A stretch of DNA of 64,000 nt, from NCBI RefSeq assembly GCF_044704955.1, contig NC_091999.1, positions 23,064,001-23,128,000 of the forward strand, written 5' to 3'. A program made the translations under genes and the position numbers. Under the pieces are notes generated by a model that saw nothing but the letters and a program-made list of their open reading frames with translations, did no database searches and was not told the DNA's origin. Positions 1-11,818 of the stretch are shown here, piece after piece (the stretch's first letter is position 1; each line of letters starts with the position of its first letter). The DNA comes from Pristiophorus japonicus. Its lineage: Eukaryota.

Positions 1-523
1 ACATATAGAGAGAATTGTTGATATAAGTTAAGAAATTAAGACAAATAGAGCTATATGTAGATTATAGGGCAGACTGATAGATAGAAAGATATTGATGCAA
101 TGAACAATTTGGTAGATTGATAAAATTCAATCTGAAAGAGTAGAACAAGAATCTGAATGGACGGATATTGAATTATTTTGAATGAAACCCTATATCTTTT
201 TCAGTTCGACTTAAGAATGTGGAAAATGCTGAGCTTTATCTTGAGGGTATGGAAATCTTATTGTGTACTGACAGCTGATCTACTGCACCGTGGCAGTGTG
301 GACCAGTCATGTACAAATGTAGTGAGAGGAATTCACTGCTGAAAATCTCTGTGTTGACTGACACCTGATCTAATATGAATAGTTGTCGCACTGTAATAAC
401 ATAGCTCAGGACCATTGGCCTACCCAGTTCCCCAATAGATGGAGGACAACTGTACCCCGTCTATCTCTATAGAATTTTACCCCAGAAATCATATCCAATT
501 GGGGTGGCGGGAGGAAATGGGAG

Positions 524-722
524 ATAGAAACATAGAAACACAGAAAATAGGTGCAGAAGTAGGCCATTCGGCCCTTAGATCCAAACCACAATTCAATAAA
601 ATCATAGCTAATCATTCACATCAGAACCCCATTCCTGCTTTCTCTCCATACCCCTTGATCCCTTTAGCCACAAGGGCCATATCTAACTCCCTCTTGAATA
701 TATCCAATGAACTGGCATTAAG
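524..722 (-). mobile_element. CR1 LINE 3' end, truncated by assembly gap
   Basis: ORF2 C-terminus ASSLDIFKRELDMALVAKGIKGYGEKAG plus (TTTCTATG)n-type tail, matching the full-length copy at 7607. Confidence 0.9.
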
Positions 723-1077
723 NNNNNNNNNNNNNNNNNNNNNNNNNNNNNNNNNNNNNNNNNNNNNNNNNNNNNNNNNNNNNNNNNNNNNNNNNNNNNN
801 NNNNNNNNNNNNNNNNNNNNNNNNNNNNNNNNNNNNNNNNNNNNNNNNNNNNNNNNNNNNNNNNNNNNNNNNNNNNNNNNNNNNNNNNNNNNNNNNNNNN
901 NNNNNNNNNNNNNNNNNNNNNNNNNNNNNNNNNNNNNNNNNNNNNNNNNNNNNNNNNNNNNNNNNNNNNNNNNNNNNNNNNNNNNNNNNNNNNNNNNNNN
1001 NNNNNNNNNNNNNNNNNNNNNNNNNNNNNNNNNNNNNNNNNNNNNNNNNNNNNNNNNNNNNNNNNNNNNNNNNNNNN
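723..1077. other. Assembly gap (N run); other gaps at 5952-6185, 26984-27129, 28156-28284, 57856-58121
   Basis: Runs of N. Confidence 1.
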
Positions 1078-1679
1078 CATCTCCCATTGCAAATTGCTAC
1101 ATTAACATTTTTCATTCAATTGTGCATTATTAATATAGCTGTAGTTGCTGTGACTCAATACGAGGCCACTTCATTTCTACTGTCTCGATCCCAAATGTGT
1201 TGCCATTTTGAGTATATGAAAACAAATAGCATGCATCAATTTAACCTGGGCAACGCCACGAGCAATCTACTGCTGAATATCGGAAGTCACGAGCGAACCT
1301 CAGACTACTGGACCTCATTGCTGGTGACTTACTATAACGTTTCCGGCGACTCCAAGCCAGCAGTCGTGCTTCACATGCAGTTTGCAAACGGTTGATCTAG
1401 TTATGGGAACAAATAATTCCCTGATGGAAGACGATAACATTTAAGACATGCTGTGTGTAGACAGGGCGGGGAGGCAATAGGAAGGCTTAAGTCTTTCGGG
1501 ATGAAATATGGTTAGAATTGATGTGGGGACTTGATTTTACCGAGTCTCAACCCATGTTCCTCAATTGGAAAATAGCGACTGCATGGAGCATGTCCATATG
1601 CTTTTTCCCTTCCTTCATGATGGATCAGTGGGAATTGTTTGGGATTGAAAGAAGGCTACATGAAGAGAGCCAGGAGAGA

Positions 1680-2990
1680 GCATGGCAGTGGAATTAGTTT
1701 GGGCTTCATACACGACTATAGGGAGAGAGTGGGGTACTGAGGTTAGTTTCGGATGGATAAAGGCTATGGTGCTTGGGTGGGCAGTGTGATTAGTGTGGGA
1801 TTGATACAGGGCTATGGTGCGTGGTGTGGCATTGTGATTGTTGTGGCATTGATCAAGGGCTATGGTGCGTGGGTGTGGTAGTGCAGTGTTATTAGTGAGG
1901 GATTGATACAGGGCTATGTTGCATGGGTGTGGCAGTGTGATTAGTGTGGGATTGATACAAGGCTATGGTGCATGGGTGGGGCAGGGTGATTAGTGTGGGA
2001 TTGATACAGGGCTATGGTGCGTGGGTGTGGCAGTGTGATTAGTGTGGGAATGATACAGGGCTATGGGGAGAGAGCGGGGCCATGCGATTAGTTTGGGATT
2101 GATACAGGGTTATGGGGAGACAGTGGGGCAGCAGTATCAGTTTGGGTGAGATTGAGGGCTGTGGGGAGAGAGACGGCTGTCGGATTAGTAAGGGATTTGT
2201 ACAGGGCAATGGGGAGTGAGCTGGACAGTGGGATTCGTTTTGAATTGATTCAGAAATATGGGGAAAGAGCAAGCAGTGGGATCACTTTCGTGTTGGTAAA
2301 GGGCTATGCGATGGCGGTAAGGACAGTGTGGTTCGTTTGCGAATGGTGGAGGGCCATGGGGAGCGACGGGCTGTGGGATTAGTTTGGGATTGAAACAGGA
2401 CTATCGGGAGTGAGCAGGGCAGTAGAATCACTTTGAGATTAATACATGCCTATGGGGAAGGAGCCGGGCAATGGGATTACTTTGGGAATGATGCACGGCT
2501 TTGGAAAGAGAGCGAGGCAATGGGATTAGTTTGGAATTGATAACGGGCAATGAGGAGAAAGGGCCTCTGAGATTAAGTTGGGTTTCATACATGGATATGG
2601 GCGAAATGGGTAGTAGGATTAGTTTTGGATTGATGCAGAAATATGGGGAAAGAGGCGAAAGAGGACTTTGTTTTTCATTAATAAAGAGCTTTGTGGAGAG
2701 TATGCAGTGGATTAGTTCGACGAATATAGGGAAATAGAAGAAAGCATACTTAGTTTGGGATTGTAACTGGGGTATAGGCAATGAGCGAGGCTGTGGGATT
2801 AGATTAGAATTCCTACATGAATCTGGGGAAAGAGGCGCATTGGTGTTAATTTGCGATTGGTATCGGGCTCCCTAGACGGAGTGGCTGTATGATTAATTTC
2901 GGTTTATACAGCACTATGAGGAATGAGCGCGGCTGTGGGATTAGATTGATATTTATATACGGCTCTGGAGAGAGAGGGGACAGGATCACA
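1680..2990 (+). repeat. ~49-bp G-rich degenerate minisatellite
   Basis: Unit ~GGCAGTGTGATTAGTGTGGGATTGATACAGGGCTATGGTGCGTGGGTGT; most homogeneous at 1760-2060. Confidence 0.9.
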
Positions 2991-3364
2991 CAAGGGGCAA
3001 AATTGCAATCAGTAATTTCGATCTGAATGAATGGCTTCAGTTTGTGTCGCTATAAAACTTTGGTTCATATCACAGATTCTATATGTGGACACTTGCATAT
3101 GATCAATGTAAACAATTTATTAATTAGTTGCTTCATCAAGGAGAAACCCGAACAGGTTCTCAACATAGATACTAATTCTCATTGTCTGTTTCTTTACCTG
3201 ATGTTTGCTGCGAAATGTTTGAATCTGTGAATGTTGTAATTCTAAAATTGCCAGTCAATAAATTGTGAATATATATGTTAAAGAGCCGAACCATTTAATT
3301 TTTAAAAAACACCACAATCTACTAATCCAAGGTTATAGCAATGCGTTCCTCGTCTGTCAACACC

Positions 3365-4400
3365 AACAAGAACTTGTGTCTATGTAGCGCCATTAACCAA
3401 GAAAAACCTCCCAAGGTGCTACACAGGAGAGGTTTTAAACAAAATCTGACACCGAGCCTCAAAAGGGGAAATTAGGATGGATGAGAAAAAGCTTGGTCAA
3501 AGATGTACGTCTGAAGGAGCGTCTTAAAGACTGAGAGAGAGGTCGAGAGGTGGCGAAGTTTAAGGAGGAAATATTTTGCTGAGGAACTAGGCAGCTATAT
3601 GTACGGCCACCAATGTTGAGTGATTAACAAAGAGGATGCTCAAAAGGGCGGGATTTAGAGGTGTGCACAGATGGCGGTGGGTTGTTGTATTGGAGAATGT
3701 TACAGAGCTTAGTGAGAAAGGGAAGAATTAAAAAAATAATGAGAGTTTTAAATGGAGATTTTTCCGTAACGAGAACCAATGAAGGTCAGTGATGGAGGAA
3801 CGGGTCAGTGTGAGTTAGGACACGGGCAGCCGAGCTTTGGATATGGTAAAGTTTGTAGAGGGTGTAAGATGGGAGCCCATCCATCTGAGCGTTGAAATAG
3901 TGAAGTCTATATGTAACAAAGGCATGGATGAGGGTTTCCGCAGCAGATGAGCTGAGGTTGGAGTGGTAAATAGCGAGGTTACTGAGGTTAAAATAGGCAA
4001 TCTTGGTGATGGAGCGCCTATGTGGTTGGAAGCTCATCTCGGAATCAAATACGATCCCAAGATTGCAGATAGACTGGTTCAGCTTCAGTCAGATGCCAGC
4101 GAGAGGGACGGAGTCGGTGGCTATGCAATGGCGTTTGTGACGAGAGCAAAGACGCTGGCTTCAGTACTCCCAATATTTTGTTGGAGAACATTTCTGCTCA
4201 TCCAATACCGTATGTCACAAAAGCAGCCTGACAAATTAGAGAAACTGGTGGGGTGGAGAGAGGTAGTGGTGAGGTCGAGCTCGGTCTCGTTAGCATATAT
4301 GTGAAACCTGATATTGTGTTTTTGGATGACGGCCCCGACGGGCGCCGTTTTGATGAGAAATATCTGGGGGCCAGGGATAGATACTTATGGGACACCAGTT
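3365..4400 (-). mobile_element. L2-clade LINE 3' fragment, decayed
   Basis: Minus-strand translation SSAAETLIHAFVTYRLHYFN...HIQSSAARVLT resembles the L2 RT C-terminal motif (AETLIHAFVTSRLDYCN...QNSAARxLT). Confidence 0.8.
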
Positions 4401-4569
4401 AACAGCGTGAGACCGCGAAGAGTACCCCTGGCTCTTAGCAGTGTGCGGAAAGAGGTTTCTACTCAAACCAATGGGTAGGCCCTGATGGAGAGGAGGAAGG
4501 GTGAAGGGAAGGAGATTTTTTCTTGTTTGCTTGTGGAAAGGATTAAATAACGAATTAATTTAGCGCGCT

Positions 4570-4990
4570 TGATGACCTCAGAACGTCACAAAACGCTTTC
4601 GAGTCAATGAAGTACTTTTGAAGTGAAGCCACTGTTCATTGTAGAGCACGTAGCAGCCAATCGATGCATTGTAAGACCCCACAAACAGCAATGAGATAAA
4701 TGAGCATATCATGTACTTTAATGATGTTGGGTGAGGGATAAATATTAGCCGGAGCACCAGGAAAATTTCCCTGCCATGGGTTATTTTGTATTCACATCAG
4801 AGAGCAGGGAAAACCTCAGACCAACATCTCATTAGAAAGACGGCACGTTCGACAGTGCAGCACTCCCTGAGCAAAGCATGGGGGTGCCAGACTACATTAT
4901 GTGCTTAAATCGTTGTAGCGGTACTTGAACCCACAACCTTCTGATGTCAGAGGTGCGGGTGCGACTGCTGAGCAAACGCTGACGCCTTGA
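4570..4990 (-). mobile_element. tRNA-derived SINE (DeuSINE-like), decayed
   Basis: Minus strand B-box-like GGTTCAAGT, core TGCACTGTCG..GTGCCGTCTTTC shared with 47975-48390, L2-like tail. Confidence 0.65.
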
Positions 4991-5270
4991 GCAGAGAAGA
5001 TTTGATAGTGGTCTTCAATATTAGACAAAATAGCGATAGAGTAAATAAAACTGAACTGTTTCCACTGGAGGAAGGATCGTAACCAGACAATATCGATTTA
5101 AGTTAATCGGTATTAAAAGAGATTGCAAATTAGGAGGCATTTTTGTGCAGCGCGATATTGTGACAGGGTATGCACTGTCTGAGAGGGAGGTGGAAGCAGA
5201 TTTTATTAGTAACCTTCATAATTACCTTGATATAAAGATGTAAATGGCTATGGGGCAAGATTAGTACTAA
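4990..5270 (+). mobile_element. Old CR1 3' fragment
   Basis: Degenerate R.DLI.VF...LFPL...GYGA motif order. Confidence 0.55.
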
Positions 5271-6249
5271 TTGAACTGCCCCGTAGTAGTTCAGTATTCA
5301 TTAAGATTTCCATCTCCTGACATTATATTATTACAGACTCTGGCACCCTGTCCCAACCTTCAGTAGTTCAAGTGTCTGTACTCACTGATATTCAATTCTC
5401 TGCCCCACCCCCTCCCACCACCATGATTTGTCTACATATTTTAGTCAAATCGCTCACTACTTTTTATCAGGTTTCACTACACAAGGCAACCCCCCCCCCC
5501 ACCACTCCACCCCTTCCGCCTTATATTATAACGGTCCCGGGACCAGTTCTAAACTGCTGTAGATCAGACGTCAGTACAGAGGGAGATCTCCAGCTCCTGT
5601 CCCCCTTTCTCAATTATACTATTACAGACTCTGGTACCCAATGCCACATTGCTATAGATCAGATGCCACTGCACGTTGAGATTTCCATACTCTCATGTTG
5701 ACAAAGAGCCTTTTCGATTTTCTTAACACGAACAGCAAACAAACATTTATTCACCATGGCAATCTATCCATCTGTACTCAAGGCTACTCATTATTCTCTT
5801 AAAATATTAAATTGATTTGTGAAAAGTAATATCGATCTCTCTGCATCACTGCACCGTTCTCTATATCTGACTGACTGCCTGTCTACATGTCTACCTATAT
5901 ATTGCTCTATCTGTCATAATTTATATCAACAACACTCACTATATGTTTGTANNNNNNNNNNNNNNNNNNNNNNNNNNNNNNNNNNNNNNNNNNNNNNNNN
6001 NNNNNNNNNNNNNNNNNNNNNNNNNNNNNNNNNNNNNNNNNNNNNNNNNNNNNNNNNNNNNNNNNNNNNNNNNNNNNNNNNNNNNNNNNNNNNNNNNNNN
6101 NNNNNNNNNNNNNNNNNNNNNNNNNNNNNNNNNNNNNNNNNNNNNNNNNNNNNNNNNNNNNNNNNNNNNNNNNNNNNNNNNNNNNACTGTCTATCTATCG
6201 ATATGTCTGTCTGTCCATTTACGATCGGAATAAAATGCTGAATATTCAT

Positions 6250-6830
6250 AATTGCCCGGATTTAGCTGGGCTGATGATGGTGTCTGCACAGCGTGCGCCG
6301 TCGTAAGTCCTCAGAATGGGTCCGCAACTTCTGACTTTCCATATGCGCTGCGCATGCACGTAAAACCCGGAAGTTCCGATCTGTCAAGATTCATCTTGAT
6401 TGATCATCTGCGATCACCCCGAAAACACTCTTCCTTGTGCAGGGCCCAACTGCGCCCCACCGACTGCCCCTGAAACATTTTAAATGCTTAATAAAAGGGT
6501 CTTTTCATTCATTTTGAACAGGGGATTCGATATTTTTATTAGAATTGTGTTTTATTGAGAGAATTCTCTCAAGCTTATGGGAATTTAATTCGTAATTGGA
6601 AGCCCATAAGGTAATGGTGAATCCCTCTATTTCATTGGTTGGGCTGGCCCAGCCAGGTGATCCCAGGGATGCTTCCGAACCGCCTGCTTCCCTGGGATCC
6701 ATTGGCCTTTATGCAGATATATGCATTGAGTCCCAAGACGTGAAGACTCCAAAGCTCCAGAGACACCAATTTCTTTTCGTGCCGGTGGCGTACTCCGGGA
6801 GTATGCCTCAGACTTCAAATTCAGGACCCA
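6250..6830 (+). repeat. Unclassified interspersed repeat with internal hairpins; partial copies at ~13145-13450 and ~20370-20640
   Basis: TGCGCATGCA..AAAACCC.GAA.TT....ATCTGTCAAGATT shared with 13230-13290; ATTGGT...TGGCCC...TGATCCCAGGG...CCCTGGGAT...CCTTTATGCA shared with 20440-20525. Confidence 0.6.
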
Positions 6831-7705
6831 TATATCTATCTATAATATCGTAGAAATCTTATATCTTTGCGATCTTTGTGCGAACTTCTCGCATTTTATA
6901 TTCCGATCTCTACATTTATAATGGAAACTGCCTATGCAAACTGACAAGCTTTGATTACACTCTCCCGATAGCGGTGGCGCTGGAGTGCCTCAGTTTTGCA
7001 TCTCTAGCCTTCCCCGCCTCCACAGCAAGTGATGCCCGATGTTCGATCCAAATCTACTTCTCTGCTTCCCAAAATACACTAACTCTTGTTATTTACCTAA
7101 AGCTAATAACATGAAACCGAAACATTATATTGAAACGAATGCAGCATGTATAACTTTAAAATGGAGAAGAATTATTTCTGCAATTATTTCTGGTCAATTC
7201 TCCCTCAGCTTTCAAACCCCATTTAAACTGAGCACTACACTTGTTTTTTGCGCCCTATATAAAATGTCAGGTGAGTTCCACTTGTAATCATCGAAAGCAA
7301 AATAATGCTTGTATCAGACAGTAAAATATACAAAAATTTACAATTCTGGTGTAGTCGTGTCCCACAAATCCAGAGTCCAATTAAAAGGACTTCAAAAACC
7401 CAATTTCCTGTATTATACGGCAGGCGCATTGGCAGCATGCTTCAAGAGTAAAAAACAATCTCGGGGTCCTGGTTGATAGTGGCTGCTGATTTTTGTTTTA
7501 CATCATTCCAATTGCTCCACCTCATCCTACCTCACAGTACTCCTCAGTTGTTGATGTGGAAAGAAACTACCCTGGGTCGTGGGCAGGCTATGATGTGAGA
7601 AACGTTATAGAAACATAGAAACATAGAAAATAGGTGCAGGAGTAGGCCATTCGGCCCTTCTAGCCTGCACCGCCATTCAATGAGTTCATGGCTGAACATT
7701 CAACT

Positions 7706-10612
7706 TCAGTACCCCATTCCTGCTTTCTCGCCATACCCCTTGATCCCCCTAGCAGTAAGGACCTCATCTAACTCCTTTTTGAATATATTTAGTGAATTGG
7801 CCTCAACAACTTTCTGTGGTAGAGAATTCCACAGGTTCACCACTCTCTGGGTGAAGAAGTTCCTCCGCATCTCGGTCCTAAATGGCTTACCCCTTATCCT
7901 TAGACTGTGACCCCTGGTTCTGGACTTCCCCAACATTGGGAACATTCTTCCTGCATCTAACCTGTCTAACCCCGTCAGAATTTTATATGTTTCTATGAGG
8001 TCCCCTCTCATTCTTCTGAACTCCAGTGAATACAAGCCCAGTTGATCCAGTCTTTCTTGATAGGTCAGTCCCGCCATCCCGGGAATCAGTCTGGTGAACC
8101 TTCGCTGCACTCCCTCAATAGCAAGAATGTCCTTCCTCAGGTTAGGAGACCAAAACTGTACACAATACTCCAGGTGTGGCCTCACCAATGCCCTGTACAA
8201 CTGTAGCAACACCTCCCTGCCCCTGTACTCAAATCCCCTTGCTATGAAGGCCAACATGCCATTTGCTTTCTTAACCGCCTGCTGCACCTGCATGCCAACC
8301 TTCAATGACTGATGTACCATGACACCCAGGTCTCTTTGCACCTCCCCTTTTCCTAATCTGTCACCATTCAGATAATAGTCTGTCTCTCTGTTTTTACCAC
8401 CAAAGTGGATAACCTCACATTTATCCACATTATACTTCATCTGCCATGCATTTGCCCACTCACCTAACCTATCCAAGTCGCTCTGCAGCCTCACAGCATC
8501 CTCCTCGCAGCTCACACTGCCACCCAACTTAGTGTCATCCGCAAATTTGGAGATACTACATTTAATCCCCTCATCTAAATCATTAATGTACAGTGTAAAC
8601 AGCTGGGGCCCCAGCACAGAACCTTGCGGTACCACACTAGTCACTGCCTGCCATTCTGAAAAGTACCCATTTACTCCTACTCTTTGCTTCCTGTCTGACA
8701 ACCAGTTCTCAATCCATGTCAGTACACTACCCCCAATCCCATGTGCTCTAACTTTGCACATCAATCTCTTGTGTGGGACCTTGTCGAACGCCTTCTGAAA
8801 GTCCAAATATACCACATCAACTGGTTCTCCCTTATCCACTCTACTGGAAACATCCTCAAAAAATTCCAGAAGATTTGTCAAGCATGATTTCCCTTTCACA
8901 AATCCATGCTGACTTGGACCTATCATGTCACCTCTTTCCAAATGCACTGCTATGACATCCTTAATAATTGATTCCATCATTTTACCCACTACCGATGTCA
9001 GGCTGACCGGTCTATAATTCCCTGTTTTCTCTCTCCCTCCTTTTTTAAAAAGTGGGGTTACATTGGCTACCCTCCACTCCATAGGAACTGATCCAGAGTC
9101 AATGGAATGTTGGAAAATGACTGTCAACGCATCCACTATTCCCAAGGCCACCTCCTTAAGTACTCTGGGATGCAGTCCATCAGGCCCTGGGGATTTATCG
9201 GCCTTCAATCCCATCAATTTCCCCAACACAATTTCCCGGCTAATAAGGATTTCCCTCAGTTCCTCCTCCTTACTAGACCCCCCGACCCCTTTTATAACCG
9301 GAAGGTTGTTCTTGTCCTCCTTCGTGAATACCGAACCAAAGTACTTGATCAATTGGTCCGCCATTTCTTTGTTCCCCGTTATGACTTCCCCTGATTCTGA
9401 CTGCAGGGGACCTACATTTGTCTTTACTAACCTTTTTCTCTTTACATATCTATAGAAACTTTTGCAATCCGTCTTAATGTTCCCTGCAAGCTTCTTCTCA
9501 TACTCCATTTTCCCTGCCCTAATCAAACCCTTTGTCCTCCTCTGCTGAGTTCTAAATTTCTCCCAGTCCCCAGGTTCGCTGCTATTTCTGGCCAATTTGT
9601 ATGCCACTTCCTTGGCTTTAATACAATCCCTGATTTCCCTTGATAGCCACGGTTGAGCCACCTTCCCTTTTTTATTTCTATGCCAGACAGGAATGTACAA
9701 TTGTTGTAGTTCATCCATGCGGTCTCTAAATGTCTGCCATTGCCCATCCACAGTCAACCCCTCAAGTATCATTCGCCAATCCAACTCAGCCAATTCACGC
9801 CTCATACCTTCAAAGTTAGCCTTCTTTAAGTTCTGGACCATGGTCTCTGAATTAACTGTTTCATTCTCCATCCTAATGCAGAATTCCACCATATTATGGT
9901 CACTCTTCCCCAAGGGGCCTCGCACAACGAGATTGCTAATTAATCCTTTCTCATTACATAACACCCAGTCTAAGATGGCCTCCCCCCTAGTTGGTTCCTC
10001 GACATATTGGTCTAAAAAACCATCCTTTACGCACTCCAGAAAATCCTCCTCCACCGTATTGCTTCCAGTTTGGTTAGCCCAATCTATGTGCATGTTAAAG
10101 TCACTCATTATAACTGCTGCACCTTTATTGCACGCACCCCTAATTTCCTGTTTGATGCCCTCCCCAACATCACTACTACTGTTTGGAGGTCTGTACACAA
10201 CTCCCACTAACGTTTTTTGCCCTTTGGTGTTCTGCAGCTCTACCCATATAGATTCCACATCATCCAAGCTAATGTCCTTCCTAACTATTGCCTCAATCTC
10301 CTCCTTAACCAGCAATGCTACCCCACCTCCTTTTCCTTTTATTCTATCCTTCCTGAATGTTGAATACCCCTGGATGTTGAGTTCCCAGCCCTGCTCATCC
10401 TGGAGCCACGTCTCCGTAATCCCAATCACATCATATTTGTTAACATCTATTTGCACAGTTAATTCATCCATCTTATTGCGGATACTCCTTGCATTAAGAC
10501 ACAAAGCCTTTAGGCTTGTTTTTTTAACACCCTCTGTCCTTTTAGAATTTTGCTGTACAATGGCCCTTTTTGTTCTTTGCCTTGGGTTTCTCTGCCCTCC
10601 ACTTTTCCTCAT
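7706..10612 (-). CDS. CR1 ORF2: APE endonuclease + reverse transcriptase (968 aa)
   Basis: NARS, ITETW, GGGVALLV, YRPP, DFN, SDH (APE); [35 protein letters not shown] (RT); RPHLEYCVQFWSP. Confidence 0.97.
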   Translation of the reverse strand: MRKSGGQRNPRQRTKRAIVQQNSKRTEGVKKTSLKALCLNARSIRNKMDELTVQIDVNKYDVIGITETWLQDEQGWELNIQGYSTFRKDRIKGKGGGVALLVKEEIEAIVRKDISLDDVESIWVELQNTKGQKTLVGVVYRPPNSSSDVGEGIKQEIRGACNKGAAVIMSDFNMHIDWANQTGSNTVEEDFLECVKDGFLDQYVEEPTRGEAILDWVLCNEKGLISNLVVRGPLGKSDHNMVEFCIRMENETVNSETMVQNLKKANFEGMRRELAELDWRMILEGLTVDGQWQTFRDRMDELQQLYIPVWHRNKKGKVAQPWLSREIRDCIKAKEVAYKLARNSSEPGDWEKFRTQQRRTKGLIRAGKMEYEKKLAGNIKTDCKSFYRYVKRKRLVKTNVGPLQSESGEVITGNKEMADQLIKYFGSVFTKEDKNNLPVIKGVGGSSKEEELREILISREIVLGKLMGLKADKSPGPDGLHPRVLKEVALGIVDALTVIFQHSIDSGSVPMEWRVANVTPLFKKGGREKTGNYRPVSLTSVVGKMMESIIKDVIAVHLERGDMIGPSQHGFVKGKSCLTNLLEFFEDVSSRVDKGEPVDVVYLDFQKAFDKVPHKRLMCKVRAHGIGGSVLTWIENWLSDRKQRVGVNGYFSEWQAVTSVVPQGSVLGPQLFTLYINDLDEGIKCSISKFADDTKLGGSVSCEEDAVRLQSDLDRLGEWANAWQMKYNVDKCEVIHFGGKNRETDYYLNGDRLGKGEVQRDLGVMVHQSLKVGMQVQQAVKKANGMLAFIARGFEYRGREVLLQLYRALVRPHLEYCVQFWSPNLRKDILAIEGVQRRFTRLIPGMAGLTYQERLDQLGLYSLEFRRMRGDLIETYKILTGLDRLDAGRMFPMLGKSRTRGHSLRIRGKPFRTEMRRNFFTQRVVNLWNSLPQKVVEANSLNIFKKELDEVLTARGIKGYGEKAGMGY

Positions 10613-10689
10613 CTCCTTTCTGTCTTTTGTTTTTGCCTCCTTTTTGTTTCCCTCTATCTCCCTGCATTGGTTCCCATCCCCCTGCCATA

Positions 10690-11637
10690 TTAGTTTAACT
10701 CCTCCCCAACAGTACTAGCAAACACTCCCCCGAGGACATTGGTTCCGATTCTGCCCAGGTGCAGACCGTCCGGATTGTACTGGTCCCACCTCCCCCAGAA
10801 CCGGTTCCAATGCCCCAGGAATTTGAATCCCTCCCTGCTGCACCATTGCTCAAGCCACGTATTCATCTGAGCTATCCTGCGATTCCTACTCTGACTAGCA
10901 CGTGGCACTGGTAGCAATCCCGAGATTACTACTTTTGAGGTCCTACTTTTTAATTTAGCTCCTAGCTCCTTAAATTCATTTCGTAGGACCTCATCCCTTT
11001 TTTTACCTATGTCATTGGTACCAACGTGCACCACGACAACTGGCTGTTCTCCCTCCCTTTTTAGAATGTCCTCCACCCGCTCCGAGACATCCTTGACCCT
11101 TGCACCAGGGAGGCAACATACCATCCTGGAGTCTCGGTTGCGGCCGCAGAAACGCCTATCTATTCCCCTTACAATTGAATCCCCTATCACTATCGCTCTT
11201 CCACTCTTTTTCCTGCCCTCCTGTGCAACAGAGCCAGCCACGGTGCCATGAACTTGGCTGCTGCTGCCCTCCCCTGATGAGTCATCCCCCTCAACAGTAC
11301 TCAAAGCGGTGTATCTGTTTTGCAGGGGGATGACCACAGGGGACCCCTGCACTACCTTCCTTGCACTACTCTTCCTGCTGGTCTTCCATTCCCTCGCTGG
11401 CTGTGGACCCTTCTCCTGCAGTAAGACCAACTCGCTACACGTGATACTCACGTCATTCTCAGCATCGTGGATGCTCCAGAGTGAATCCACCTTCAGCTCC
11501 AACTCCGCAACGCGGACCGTCAGTAGCCGGAGGTGGACACACTTCCCGCACATGTAGTCGTCAGGGACACTGGTGTTGTCCCCGTGTTCCCACATGGTAC
11601 AGGAGGAGCATATCACGTGACCGAGCTGTCCTGCCAT
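10690..11637 (-). CDS. CR1 ORF1: zinc finger/coiled coil + SGNH (GDSL-like) esterase (315 aa)
   Basis: CSSC..CGKC, heptad leucines, IGDS, PGA, HVGTND, DGLHL blocks. Confidence 0.95.
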   Translation of the reverse strand: MAGQLGHVICSSCTMWEHGDNTSVPDDYMCGKCVHLRLLTVRVAELELKVDSLWSIHDAENDVSITCSELVLLQEKGPQPAREWKTSRKSSARKVVQGSPVVIPLQNRYTALSTVEGDDSSGEGSSSQVHGTVAGSVAQEGRKKSGRAIVIGDSIVRGIDRRFCGRNRDSRMVCCLPGARVKDVSERVEDILKREGEQPVVVVHVGTNDIGKKRDEVLRNEFKELGAKLKSRTSKVVISGLLPVPRASQSRNRRIAQMNTWLEQWCSREGFKFLGHWNRFWGRWDQYNPDGLHLGRIGTNVLGGVFASTVGEELN

Positions 11638-11818
11638 GACTTAACCCTTAGATACACTTAAATTGCCGACAACAATGTTAAAAGTTACTGACTAATAAAG
11701 AAAAAGAAAAACTACTCACCAATCAGCAGCCAATCACTTACCACGTTGGCTGTGACGTCACCTTTTGATTTCCTTCTACTTCTTTTTTGCCTTCTCTCCC
11801 AGCTGGAGCTGCACCGCT

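Noticed and set aside
439-1395. Long ORFs containing X runs (also 5819-6306, 28052-28351, 57594-58173)
   Set aside because: Artefacts of reading through N gaps
9693-10718. 341-aa plus-strand ORF
   Set aside because: Antisense shadow of CR1 ORF2; Ser-rich with no recognisable domain
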